Part shown: in pieces, positions 9,065 through 18,463 of the stretch
Layout: the number at the start of each line of letters is the position of its first letter
Numbering within the stretch: position 1 is the stretch's first letter
DNA from: a virus
IMG/VR virus record: IMGVR_UViG_3300024319_000003
Coordinates: 1 to 64,000 of that record
Reading direction: 5' to 3' (one strand)
DNA length: 64,000 nt
Translations under genes and position numbers: made by a program
Notes under the pieces: model-generated
Told to the model about the DNA's origin: nothing
The model's input: the letters and a program-made list of their open reading frames with translations, nothing else
Databases searched by the model: none

Positions 9065-10153
9065 ATGAAAAAAACAATTACCCTCATAACCGCATTACTA
9101 ATCACAGTATTTACATATGGACAAACTACATCACCCGATGCAACTAAGCCGTATATAATTCTTGATTCTACTTATAATTTAGAGTCGGTTAATTCCTCAA
9201 ATAATACTATAGTTGATATTTACTACGATAACACATCAGGTAACACAGTAAAAGGTATTCAATTCTCTTTCAGTTACGATAAAGATGTTTTTGACACACC
9301 AACTGTAACTTACAACAACACTTCAGGACCTGTAGGGTATATGTCTACAGATGTGGATGCAACAAACGGTATTGTAAAAGTCGTATGGGCCTATGATGGT
9401 GCTACTACTACCTTTGACCTTATTGCTGGTAATATGTTTGATGTTGAATTACCATTTAAATCTAGTTATACTAATGGTACAGTTGATGGGATTGACTTCA
9501 CAAACAATTTAACTGCTTATTATGCACAAACTGATGGTACAGATGCTATTCTAGGCACATCAGATAACGGTGGTAACTTTATAGAACCAGCATTTGATTA
9601 TGTAGCAACTATTTTAAATAATGCAACAAACCCAGCAGAATTAATTCCTGTAATTTTACAGAAATCAGCAGATGGTAGTACTTGGGTAGATGTAGCTACA
9701 GATACAACAGAAGCCGATGGAACAGCAACATTCTCAGAGAATATAGATCAAGATTACTGGCAAGTTAGATTAAAAATTGCAAGTGGTTTAGATGCAAGTA
9801 CAGCATTATCAGCAGCAGATGCAAATATGATTGCTCAAATAGCAGCAGGAGTACAAACAACATCAGGTATACAGTACTATACCGGTAATACAAACCAAGC
9901 AAATGGTATTACGGTATCAGATTCTTATCTGTTATTTGCTAGATTAGCTCAAGGTTTAAGTGCTTATACAAATAACCCAGATGTACTATTCTTTACTGAA
10001 GCTCAATACAACACTATTGATGCTGCTACCTCAGATCAATCTGGGACAATCTCAGGACAAGAAGAATTCTTATCACCACAGATAAATGGAACTACAGCAG
10101 GTAATTTCTACTTACTAGTATTAGGTGATGCAAATGGTACAGGATTAAATTAA
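9065..10153 (+). CDS. Exported cohesin-domain protein with dockerin-like repeats
   Basis: Signal peptide ending TYG-Q; VKGIQFSFSYDKDVF (cohesin-like); LSAADANMIAQ, GNTNQANGITVSDSYLL, LGDANG. Confidence 0.75.
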   Translation: MKKTITLITALLITVFTYGQTTSPDATKPYIILDSTYNLESVNSSNNTIVDIYYDNTSGNTVKGIQFSFSYDKDVFDTPTVTYNNTSGPVGYMSTDVDATNGIVKVVWAYDGATTTFDLIAGNMFDVELPFKSSYTNGTVDGIDFTNNLTAYYAQTDGTDAILGTSDNGGNFIEPAFDYVATILNNATNPAELIPVILQKSADGSTWVDVATDTTEADGTATFSENIDQDYWQVRLKIASGLDASTALSAADANMIAQIAAGVQTTSGIQYYTGNTNQANGITVSDSYLLFARLAQGLSAYTNNPDVLFFTEAQYNTIDAATSDQSGTISGQEEFLSPQINGTTAGNFYLLVLGDANGTGLN

Positions 10154-10156
10154 TAA

Positions 10157-10894
10157 ATGAAATCGTTATTAATATTTTTACTAACACTATCAACAGTAGC
10201 TCACTCTCAGGTCAAATTTAACGTACCTGAGATTGAGGTACCTGTTAGTACTTATATTAATTTACCGGTTGTAATCGAAACTAATAGCAACGATGTAGGT
10301 AGTTTAGAATTTGCACTAAATTATGACCCCACATACTTAGCCTTTGAAGATATATCGGTAACAGCTAAAGCTCAACAATGGTTAACCTACACTATGGACT
10401 GGCAAGGTGAAACAGTTAGATGGGGAGGATATGATGCTTCATTTGGTACTTATACAATAAACTCACCCACAGAACTATTCACAGTTAGGTTTAAAGTAAT
10501 TGATCAATCATGGGTAGAGATACCTATTACCATTGGAAGAAAAACCGCAGGAACTGAGTTAGGTTGGGATATAGAGGTTATAAGTACAGATGGGTATGTA
10601 AATAAAAGATCAATGCCCTTTGAAGTACCACCTATAGACGGCATATACGGAATAGCATACCCAGTACCTACTACCGGGCGTATAACACTAGAGTTAACAG
10701 TACCCGAAAATGGAGAATATAAGGTTATAGTATCTGATTTTTTAGGTAAAAAACACGGTGTGTATAGTAAGAAGTTTTTCTCGGGGTATGTTTCTTTTAG
10801 AGTAGATGTTAGGGACCTTGCTACTGGTATCTATTTATTACAAGTAACTAACGGTAGGTTTGTTAAGACATTTAAAATTATTAAAAATGGGTAA
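10157..10894 (+). CDS. Exported cohesin-domain protein with T9SS type-A C-terminal signal
   Basis: Signal peptide ending AHS-Q; VGSLEFALNYDPTYL; YPVPTTG...DFLGK...DVRDLATGIYLLQV...TFKIIK. Confidence 0.85.
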   Translation: MKSLLIFLLTLSTVAHSQVKFNVPEIEVPVSTYINLPVVIETNSNDVGSLEFALNYDPTYLAFEDISVTAKAQQWLTYTMDWQGETVRWGGYDASFGTYTINSPTELFTVRFKVIDQSWVEIPITIGRKTAGTELGWDIEVISTDGYVNKRSMPFEVPPIDGIYGIAYPVPTTGRITLELTVPENGEYKVIVSDFLGKKHGVYSKKFFSGYVSFRVDVRDLATGIYLLQVTNGRFVKTFKIIKNG

Positions 10895-11144
10895 AAAGAA
10901 AACATTTTTTTCGGAAATTAAAAACCAAATAGTAACAGGAATTGGATTAGTAATAACAGCAGGATTTGGATTATTAATAGCTAATATGCAATCTATATTT
11001 GAACCTAAAGAAGAAGTTCAACAACCACCAATGATAGAACAAACAATTAGCATTCCAGAAGGAGTTAAAGATACTTTAGTAATAACTAAGACTATAAAAG
11101 TACAACCAGTCAAGACTAAGAAAGAAGAAGAAATATCATGGTAA
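10887..11144 (+). CDS. Single-TM protein (ATG at 10887; ORF track starts 10860)
   Basis: IVTGIGLVITAGFGLLI helix; overlaps both neighbours. Confidence 0.7.
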   Translation: MGKKKTFFSEIKNQIVTGIGLVITAGFGLLIANMQSIFEPKEEVQQPPMIEQTISIPEGVKDTLVITKTIKVQPVKTKKEEEISW

Positions 11145-11845
11145 GAATATTTTTAATTATATCGATGTTACTAAGTTTTACTGCTAATGCTCAATTAGGT
11201 AAAACGGAGACAGAAAACTATAAGGGTAAATTTGAACAAGATGCAGATATAGATGAAGTATCTGATTATATGTTAGATTATCAATTACCAATTCAAGTAC
11301 TGAACATTGGCTTTACACCAGAACTGTATGAATTTTATCCTGAATTAAGAGAGAATAGAGTGGGATTGGGTGTGAGTAATATTACTCTATCTTATCTAGA
11401 ATGGACTGACAGGTTTATATTTACAGAAGATAAAGAAGATATTAAACAAAGAATGGTAAAACAACATAAAGCTTCAGCTAAAGGTATATCTTCAAATGAG
11501 ATTAAAGTTGTCGGTAATGTAATATTAGCAGAATACTTTACCTATGTTGAGATTTATGACTACTCAGTATCTGAAGAAGAAGAAATAACTAAAGACGGTA
11601 TAAAGATTGTTCTAAAAACTATTATCGGTATGCAAGTGAGATTTGTAAATGCCGAGACTGGTTCCATACTAACAGGTTCCGGAAGTGGAGAAGCAGTTAC
11701 AATAAAAAGATCTAATTTATTAGAAGGTTTGGATGAAGTTAAGTTCAATAAATCTACAATTGGAATAGCAACCAAAAAAGCTCTTGAATCAGCTTCAGCA
11801 AGGATCGTGAAAAAAATGATTAAGCGTGGCATCTTTAAAGAATAA
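11138..11845 (+). CDS. CsgG/HfaB-like exported protein
   Basis: Signal peptide ending ANA-Q; GLGVSNI..LE..DRF, QVRFVNAETG, GSGEA and KKALE pattern of the CsgG-like fold; no lipobox Cys. Confidence 0.7.
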   Translation: MVRIFLIISMLLSFTANAQLGKTETENYKGKFEQDADIDEVSDYMLDYQLPIQVLNIGFTPELYEFYPELRENRVGLGVSNITLSYLEWTDRFIFTEDKEDIKQRMVKQHKASAKGISSNEIKVVGNVILAEYFTYVEIYDYSVSEEEEITKDGIKIVLKTIIGMQVRFVNAETGSILTGSGSGEAVTIKRSNLLEGLDEVKFNKSTIGIATKKALESASARIVKKMIKRGIFKE

Positions 11846-13184
11846 AATAATACTATTACTATTGAACGTTATACCTATGTTTGGTTTCTCTCAAACATGG
11901 AACTATACGTTTACCGATCCCTGTACCCTTAATCAACAAACAGTAACAAACACTATAGGTCAATCCATTGCTTTAAATTACTTTGGGAATGTACAGAGCT
12001 TTACAGAAAGTGATTTTACTAATGGTGTATTTGATAACTGGATTAATTCTGTAACTCAAATTAATTCATCATCACCATGTGAAAGCATTACACAGGTAAT
12101 AGTTAACAATGCAAATAGTACGGTTGTAGCGACTACATTAACTGTTGTGACTAATATAATGTCCGTAATGGGAGGCAATATGTTACCACCAGCAGAAAGT
12201 ATTAACAACTCATCTAATGGAAATGATTCTGATGAAGAAGCAGATGAGAAAAACACTAAAACAAATGGAAGCAATACAGATAAAAAAGGAAGCACAAACA
12301 TTACTCAAACAGATAAAGGCAATCAAGAAGCCAAAGGAAATCAATCCTCTACTAAACCAAGCGGAGGATCTAATTCAAATACAACTGGAGGGTCTAGCAA
12401 TACAGATAAATCAGCTAAAACAGGAGAACAAAAGACTGAATCGCCTGTAGAAGATAACGAAGGGGCATCAACACAAGCTGTAGCTAACTCCTTAGCTAAT
12501 GCTATAGATGGAGGAGATAACGAACAATCAAATGAATCAGGAAAAAACTCAGGTAGCTTAATAGCTTCAGGAGATATAGTCGTAATATCTAATCAAGATA
12601 ATTCAAATGGAGAGCAATTTAGATTTGTTGGAAGTATTACACATTCCAACACAGATAATAGTAGAATAAAAGGAGCATTATTTACATATACATCAGTTAC
12701 CAATGATGCTAGTATAACCTTATATAAATCGTGGATAAATCCAAAAAAGACTTTTAACTTAGTATTAGCTAACACAACACTAACTAATTTTAAAACAGAC
12801 GTAACCAACACTACAACAGCATTAGAATCTTTCCGATTCGGTAAGCAAAAGAAGTATACAGGTATGGCTGGAATAAACTACACTTACGGTAAGCTCGGTG
12901 AAAGAAGTCTACAGAACTTATCATCAGTTGCTGGAGTACATAGAAACTTTAAGGTTAGTCCCAGAATATCAACAAGTTTTCTTATGCTAGGAGTGTACTC
13001 ACCTTTTACTCAATATTATGAAGGTAAATGGTTTAATGCAGGATTATTAGTTGTACCTTTTAGTTCATGGGATATTAAAATAACAAAAACATTTAAGTAC
13101 AATATAAGCTTTACCGGAGTATGGCAGACATCTGGCAGTGCTTTAAACTATCAAATATTAACAGGAGGAAAAATAAACTTTTAA
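11826..13184 (+). CDS. Exported protein with low-complexity linker and probable C-terminal outer-membrane beta-barrel
   Basis: Signal peptide ending GFS-Q; S/N/T/G-rich linker; amphipathic strands; terminal Phe (GGKINF). Confidence 0.65.
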   Translation: MASLKNKIILLLLNVIPMFGFSQTWNYTFTDPCTLNQQTVTNTIGQSIALNYFGNVQSFTESDFTNGVFDNWINSVTQINSSSPCESITQVIVNNANSTVVATTLTVVTNIMSVMGGNMLPPAESINNSSNGNDSDEEADEKNTKTNGSNTDKKGSTNITQTDKGNQEAKGNQSSTKPSGGSNSNTTGGSSNTDKSAKTGEQKTESPVEDNEGASTQAVANSLANAIDGGDNEQSNESGKNSGSLIASGDIVVISNQDNSNGEQFRFVGSITHSNTDNSRIKGALFTYTSVTNDASITLYKSWINPKKTFNLVLANTTLTNFKTDVTNTTTALESFRFGKQKKYTGMAGINYTYGKLGERSLQNLSSVAGVHRNFKVSPRISTSFLMLGVYSPFTQYYEGKWFNAGLLVVPFSSWDIKITKTFKYNISFTGVWQTSGSALNYQILTGGKINF

Positions 13185-13187
13185 ACT

Positions 13188-13625
13188 ATGAAACATTTAA
13201 CATTATTACTATTACTTTTACCTACACTACTATTTTCACAAAATTGCTACGAAGTAGGTAGAGTTGTATCAAGAGTAGAAACAGAAGATATAAGTCAAAA
13301 GAGAATTATATTCGGTATAAAGCAGATGGCAGAAGAAATACTATCAGAAAAGTACGACTTATGTCTTAACGGTACCCCTATCTTTATAGAGATTACATCA
13401 ATCAAAGCTCCATCTACAGGGTTTAAGATAGGACCATGGGAAAGAAAGAAGAAAGTAACTCAGGTAAAATTAGTTATTATAATAAGAGGAGAAGTAATAG
13501 AAGGAATCGGAATAGCAAAATCAACTGTTCAAGCAACATTCTTAGATTTAAATAATGAAAATCTTCCTTTTAGTAAAACTGTATTTGCTTCAGCAGTAAA
13601 AAAAGCATTGGAAGATACTTTATAA
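13188..13625 (+). CDS. Short exported CsgG-like paralogue
   Basis: Signal peptide ending LFS-Q; FSKTVFASAVKKALED parallels FNKSTIGIATKKALES of the 11138 protein. Confidence 0.55.
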   Translation: MKHLTLLLLLLPTLLFSQNCYEVGRVVSRVETEDISQKRIIFGIKQMAEEILSEKYDLCLNGTPIFIEITSIKAPSTGFKIGPWERKKKVTQVKLVIIIRGEVIEGIGIAKSTVQATFLDLNNENLPFSKTVFASAVKKALEDTL

Positions 13626-13653
13626 CTATTTATAATAAATTAAAACTAAAGAG

Positions 13654-14859
13654 ATGAAAAAATTATTAGTATTATTTACAGTATTACTTTCAACACAAGT
13701 ATGGGCACAGGAAGAAAAGCCGGGCTTCTTTAAATCTATATATACAGATTTCTTAAAATACGGTACAGTATACGGAGCAGGAGATATATCCAATTCTGTT
13801 GAAGCAGAAGAACAAACATATTTCCTTAGAACTAATCCTGATGGAAGTTTATATTCTATACCGGATGTAGTTAACAATACAGAAGTATTTCCTTTTGATT
13901 ATAGATATGGATTCGGAATAAGAAAATTAGCTAGATTTGATTACGAAAGAAAACCTAAGAACTTTTATGATGGTACTGAAGAGCAGTTAGTATTTTCAGC
14001 ACCAACATCAGCTGTACAGGGACTCGAATATTTATTTCATTTTGAGAAAGAAAGATGGAGAGGGCAGGATTTCACTAATTATAATTTCTTTTTAAAACAC
14101 ACTGGAAAGTACCATATACTAAAAGTACAATCTAGATCAGTAGAGAAAATTAACTTAAAATTTAACTCAGCTGAACTTAGAGCTAGATTACCAATAGGTA
14201 AGAAGTTTTCTATATCAGCAGGTGCTATAGCTAGAGGACATGAAAGAGCATATGGATATAATCCAATAGAGATTTGGTTAAATGAAACAGATGCAGATGG
14301 CAATCCAGTTAATCAATGGTATCAATTAGGATATGAAAATGGATACCAAGATGTTTTTTACACTCAAACAAGCACTGACCCAACCACAGGTGAAGAAATA
14401 ACTACACAGGATTGGTATTGGATAGATGAAGAAGGAACACAAGTCGCATCATCAGACTTAGACTTCAGAGAAAGAATAATGCCATCACTTATGAATGAAT
14501 TTAATGGATTAGCTTGGGATGAATTAGATTCATGGGTAGAAGTAGCACCTATAGTAGGATTAGATTTCTACCACTACAAAAGAGATTTTTGGTTCCATGG
14601 ATATGCTAACTACATTCTACCTTACCATAGATACATAAAAGGTGATGAAGAAGCATCGTACTTAAATAGAAACAATTGGGGTAAAGGTGGATTGAGACAA
14701 GATGCAGAATTAGAGCAATGGTCTGATTATTCATTTGGAGCATCATTAGGTACTAAAATAGGGAAGAACTTAGGTATATTTATACAAGGTGAATATTCTA
14801 AAATGTGGGACAGTAAATTATATCAAACAACATTTGGTTTAAATTACTCTTTTAAATAA
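13654..14859 (+). CDS. Exported aromatic-rich probable outer-membrane beta-barrel
   Basis: Signal peptide ending VWA-Q; C-terminus LGIFIQGEYSKMWD...FGLNYSFK. Confidence 0.65.
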   Translation: MKKLLVLFTVLLSTQVWAQEEKPGFFKSIYTDFLKYGTVYGAGDISNSVEAEEQTYFLRTNPDGSLYSIPDVVNNTEVFPFDYRYGFGIRKLARFDYERKPKNFYDGTEEQLVFSAPTSAVQGLEYLFHFEKERWRGQDFTNYNFFLKHTGKYHILKVQSRSVEKINLKFNSAELRARLPIGKKFSISAGAIARGHERAYGYNPIEIWLNETDADGNPVNQWYQLGYENGYQDVFYTQTSTDPTTGEEITTQDWYWIDEEGTQVASSDLDFRERIMPSLMNEFNGLAWDELDSWVEVAPIVGLDFYHYKRDFWFHGYANYILPYHRYIKGDEEASYLNRNNWGKGGLRQDAELEQWSDYSFGASLGTKIGKNLGIFIQGEYSKMWDSKLYQTTFGLNYSFK

Positions 14860-14865
14860 TATAAA

Positions 14866-15150
14866 ATGGCAAAACAAATAGGAGAGGAAACTAAAATTAC
14901 TTTAGACCTCAAAACAATAGGTATAGTTTTATTCGGTCTTGCAACTGTTATCGGAATGTGGTTTTCACTTCAAGCAGATATAGAAGAAGCAAAAGAACTT
15001 CCGGAACCTGAAATTCAAAGGATAGAGTTTCAAATGAAAGATGAAGCAATTAGAGATGCTATCATTAATACTCAGGATGATGTAGAAGAAATTAAGAATC
15101 AGCTTAATAAGATTGATGAGAGACTCTTTGATTTACAAAAAAGAAACTAA
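14866..15150 (+). CDS. Single-TM coiled-coil protein
   Basis: Hydrophobic helix followed by heptad-like C-terminus. Confidence 0.7.
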   Translation: MAKQIGEETKITLDLKTIGIVLFGLATVIGMWFSLQADIEEAKELPEPEIQRIEFQMKDEAIRDAIINTQDDVEEIKNQLNKIDERLFDLQKRN

Positions 15151-15151
15151 T

Positions 15152-15553
15152 ATGAAAAAGTTTATAGTTATAGCACTGGTGCTTATTACAAGCTCAATTT
15201 ACGGTCAACAGATTTTAACTGATGATAATTTTGAACAAGCTGTAGAAGGTAGATCGGCTTTTCAAGATGATAACATTTCGATAGTCGTCGTAGAATTTTG
15301 GGCATCCTTTAATGATGACAATTCTTTTGAACATTGGGATAAAATAGAAGGAGTTAAATACTATAGATGCGATATCGCTAAAGCACCAAAAGCTAAAAAG
15401 AAACATAAAGTCAGAACAATCCCACACATCATAATATTTAAAGACGGTTTTGACGAAATACATTTTAAAGCAGGTTTAGATTTCACAATCTCACAATCAC
15501 TAGAAGATATACAAAAAGAGATTGATGAATTGAAAAAGGAAAGTAAATTTTAG
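15152..15553 (+). CDS. Exported thioredoxin-fold protein lacking CxxC
   Basis: Signal peptide ending IYG-Q; LTDDNF, VVVEFWASFN, VRTIPHIIIFKDG. Confidence 0.8.
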   Translation: MKKFIVIALVLITSSIYGQQILTDDNFEQAVEGRSAFQDDNISIVVVEFWASFNDDNSFEHWDKIEGVKYYRCDIAKAPKAKKKHKVRTIPHIIIFKDGFDEIHFKAGLDFTISQSLEDIQKEIDELKKESKF

Positions 15554-15665
15554 ATACTACTATAAAAGTAATAGAACTATGACATACGGTATAAATTTAG
15601 AGAGTGAAGAGCTTATAGAAGAGTTTATCATTCTACATCAAGAAAGCGATAATATTTAAAATAAT

Positions 15666-15902
15666 ATGGCAAACGCAGTAGCTTGTATGATTGCAATAAA
15701 TGATGTTAAATCCTCAGTTCAAGGAAATGATCCTAGAACCTGGATGAAAGCATGCGCAATAGAAACTTTATTGAAAGGTAAAAGCGGTAAGCATTTCAAA
15801 AATTGCTTAATAGGTAAAATAGAATCAACTAAAGAACACATTGAAGACCCAGCAGGGTATGCTGAGGAACTATATAATGAAATTAAAAATAAATGCAGAT
15901 AA
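15666..15902 (+). CDS. Hypothetical protein
   Basis: 78-aa ORF with four Cys. Confidence 0.6.
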   Translation: MANAVACMIAINDVKSSVQGNDPRTWMKACAIETLLKGKSGKHFKNCLIGKIESTKEHIEDPAGYAEELYNEIKNKCR

Positions 15903-15904
15903 AT

Positions 15905-16513
15905 ATGAACTGTTACACGAGAGAAGAAATAGAAGAGACGATGAAGAGTAAAGGTTACAAGTACTTTACTGGAGGAGATTATGACGTAAATATAATAGGA
16001 GTAAGAAACTCTAACACTAATAACGAAGTTACAAATAAATTTGACGACTGTATAACACTATCTTATAAAGATAATGGAGAGTGGAAATTTAAATGTTATA
16101 AAAGCACAACAGACCCAGGTTCACATTGGGAAAGGAATTTATTAAATAAAGACGGAGTAGCAATACTAAAACCAGGTCAATATAGAGGTTCTCATAAAAT
16201 AGGATTACACCAAGGTAAATACGAAGCACTAAGACAGAAGTCACCTGTAAAAGTCTACAGAGATAATAATAAAGACGGTAAATACGATATGATTGAAGAG
16301 AATGTACATGAAGGTATATTTGGAATCAATATTCATAAAGCTGGAAAGTTTGTGAATGGTTCAACTCAGATTGATAAATGGTCAGCAGGTTGTCAAGTAT
16401 TTTCTAAAGAATCTGATTTTAATGAATTTATGGCAATTATGCATAAAGCATCAGATAAGTACGGTAACTCTTTTTCCTACACTCTTTTAGAAAGTAAAGA
16501 TATAGTTGCTTAA
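15905..16513 (+). CDS. Putative endolysin, YkuD/L,D-transpeptidase-like His-Cys fold
   Basis: GINIHKAG...WSAGCQVF; TTDPG. Confidence 0.65.
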   Translation: MNCYTREEIEETMKSKGYKYFTGGDYDVNIIGVRNSNTNNEVTNKFDDCITLSYKDNGEWKFKCYKSTTDPGSHWERNLLNKDGVAILKPGQYRGSHKIGLHQGKYEALRQKSPVKVYRDNNKDGKYDMIEENVHEGIFGINIHKAGKFVNGSTQIDKWSAGCQVFSKESDFNEFMAIMHKASDKYGNSFSYTLLESKDIVA

Positions 16514-16539
16514 TTGAATTATTATTCTTATATTAAAGT

Positions 16540-16911
16540 ATGGGCACACAACAAAGCTATACAAGCAGGTATTTATTATGCGCAATCTTAGGAGGATTTG
16601 TAGCATATATGATATGGAATAATCCTTCAATTGATGTAGATATAAAAGCTTACCAAACTCAAATAAATATTTTACAGAGTAGAATAGATTCAATACAAAC
16701 TAAAAATAGCTATCTACAAGTAGAAGCAGATTCGTTAAATACTGAGTTGGATAAGTTTAGCAATAAAATAAACTTATTAAATACAAAGATATATGTTATT
16801 AAAAAAGAAACTGAACAGAAGCTTAACGCTATTGATACTTTTGGTGGCTCTCAGCTTCAAGAGTTTTTCTCAAAACGTTACCAAAGACAGTACAAAGATA
16901 GTATTAAGTAA
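16540..16911 (+). CDS. N-anchored coiled-coil protein, spanin-like candidate
   Basis: N-terminal TM helix, long coiled coil, follows the putative endolysin. Confidence 0.5.
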   Translation: MGTQQSYTSRYLLCAILGGFVAYMIWNNPSIDVDIKAYQTQINILQSRIDSIQTKNSYLQVEADSLNTELDKFSNKINLLNTKIYVIKKETEQKLNAIDTFGGSQLQEFFSKRYQRQYKDSIK

Positions 16912-17224
16912 ACCAGTAGCAAAGTTAGTAGTAAAGGATCTTGTATCTTTTGATCAAATCACCCTACAACTTAGTACCACTAATAAACTACTTAAGGAGA
17001 CTAATTTAAAACTAAACACGCAATCTATTTTAGTTACTAATCTAGAAAGTCAAGTAAGTAACTACGATAACATATTTACTGAACTTAACACTAAATACAG
17101 TGTGCAACAACGTCTATCTGAGGATTTAGAAAGGTCACTTAAGCGACAAAAAGCGATGACTACTATTTATAAAATAGGAACAACAGTTGGAGCAGTTGCA
17201 ACGTTACTACTACTTGTTAAGTAA
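16793..17224 (+). CDS. Exported coiled-coil protein with C-terminal hydrophobic anchor, overlapping the previous gene
   Basis: Signal peptide ending SFS-Q; C-terminal IGTTVGAVATLLLLVK. Confidence 0.6.
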   Translation: MLLKKKLNRSLTLLILLVALSFKSFSQNVTKDSTKIVLSKPVAKLVVKDLVSFDQITLQLSTTNKLLKETNLKLNTQSILVTNLESQVSNYDNIFTELNTKYSVQQRLSEDLERSLKRQKAMTTIYKIGTTVGAVATLLLLVK

Positions 17225-17234
17225 TATTTGAATT

Positions 17235-18407
17235 ATGTATAAAAAACTTAAGAGGAATTTATTCCCCTTCATTATAACGATTTCTGCATTATCAGTATCA
17301 ATTTCTGCAGCATTTTATTCGGTTAGTGGGCTAAGTAAGTTGTTTGCTGGAGCATCTCTTGAAGTCATTATTATGGCTGGATCCTTAGAGGTATCAAAAC
17401 TAGTTATAGCATCATTACTTTACCAGTATTGGGACACATTAAATAAGTATCTTAGAACATATCTGACTGTAGCTACTGTAGTTTTAGTACTTATTACTAG
17501 TATGGGTATATATGGATTTTTAAGTGCAGCTTATCAAGATACTTATAGACAGTTGACTGTAAAAGAAAACCAAACAGCATTTTTAGAACAAAAGAAACAA
17601 TTTTATGAAAACGATGTTTTTAGGTATGATGAAGAACTTAAAAGAATTAGTAATAACATTAGTACTCTTTCTAATGCGAAATCTCAATCAATCCAAGTAC
17701 GAGACACCTCGGTGGCTGGGGGCGTTAGAACAACCGTCTCTACTTCAGAGCTTAGGATGGCAGCAAAACGTATTGAAGTTGAAGAGGAGAATCGTAACAA
17801 CATTCAAAGGAAAAGAGAAATAGTAGCTGATAGTTTACAGAAGTACCAACTGGCAATACTAGAATTAGATAATAATACAGAGGTAGCTGGAGAGTTAGGA
17901 CCATTACAATACCTTTCCGGACTGACAGGTACTCCTATGGATAAAATTATTAATATATTATTATTAGTAATTATATTTGTATTTGATCCTTTAGCTATAT
18001 CTTTAGTAGTAGCAGCAAACTTTGCCTTTGATCAAGCTAGACCTAAAAAGAACTTATATAACGAGGATGAAGAAGAATGGGACGAGTTTATTAGAGAAGA
18101 GACTTACGAGGCAGAGGTAGATAGTAAAAAAGTTGCTATGGAATTTGAAGTTAAAGACCCTGAAGAGGTTAAACAAAAGAGTCCTTATTCTAGCCGAATG
18201 GATATAATTGGTCAAAACGGAAACGATGGTGAACATTACGACTCAAAATCGGGGTACGTATTAGAAAATAACATACTCAATGTTAAACATAAAAGCCCTA
18301 GATACTGGACAGTAAATCTAAAATCAGGTGAAACAGTTACCGTGCCTAAAAAAGCAGCACAAGCGGCATTAACAAAAGATAAAGATAGTACAAAAAGTTA
18401 TATGTAA
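17235..18407 (+). CDS. Multi-TM protein with coiled-coil loop
   Basis: Three N-terminal TM helices, coiled coil, IIFVFDPLAISLV helix, acidic tail. Confidence 0.8.
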   Translation: MYKKLKRNLFPFIITISALSVSISAAFYSVSGLSKLFAGASLEVIIMAGSLEVSKLVIASLLYQYWDTLNKYLRTYLTVATVVLVLITSMGIYGFLSAAYQDTYRQLTVKENQTAFLEQKKQFYENDVFRYDEELKRISNNISTLSNAKSQSIQVRDTSVAGGVRTTVSTSELRMAAKRIEVEEENRNNIQRKREIVADSLQKYQLAILELDNNTEVAGELGPLQYLSGLTGTPMDKIINILLLVIIFVFDPLAISLVVAANFAFDQARPKKNLYNEDEEEWDEFIREETYEAEVDSKKVAMEFEVKDPEEVKQKSPYSSRMDIIGQNGNDGEHYDSKSGYVLENNILNVKHKSPRYWTVNLKSGETVTVPKKAAQAALTKDKDSTKSYM

Positions 18408-18463
18408 TAGTTGCTTGTTTGAGTATTATTTCTTATATTATATAAATATAAAAATACTAAAAC

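Noticed and set aside
7956-15553. Host chromosomal contamination or prophage boundary
   Set aside because: Composition, gene packing and TATTTAT motifs match the flanking phage genes, and no integrase or att-like junction is visible
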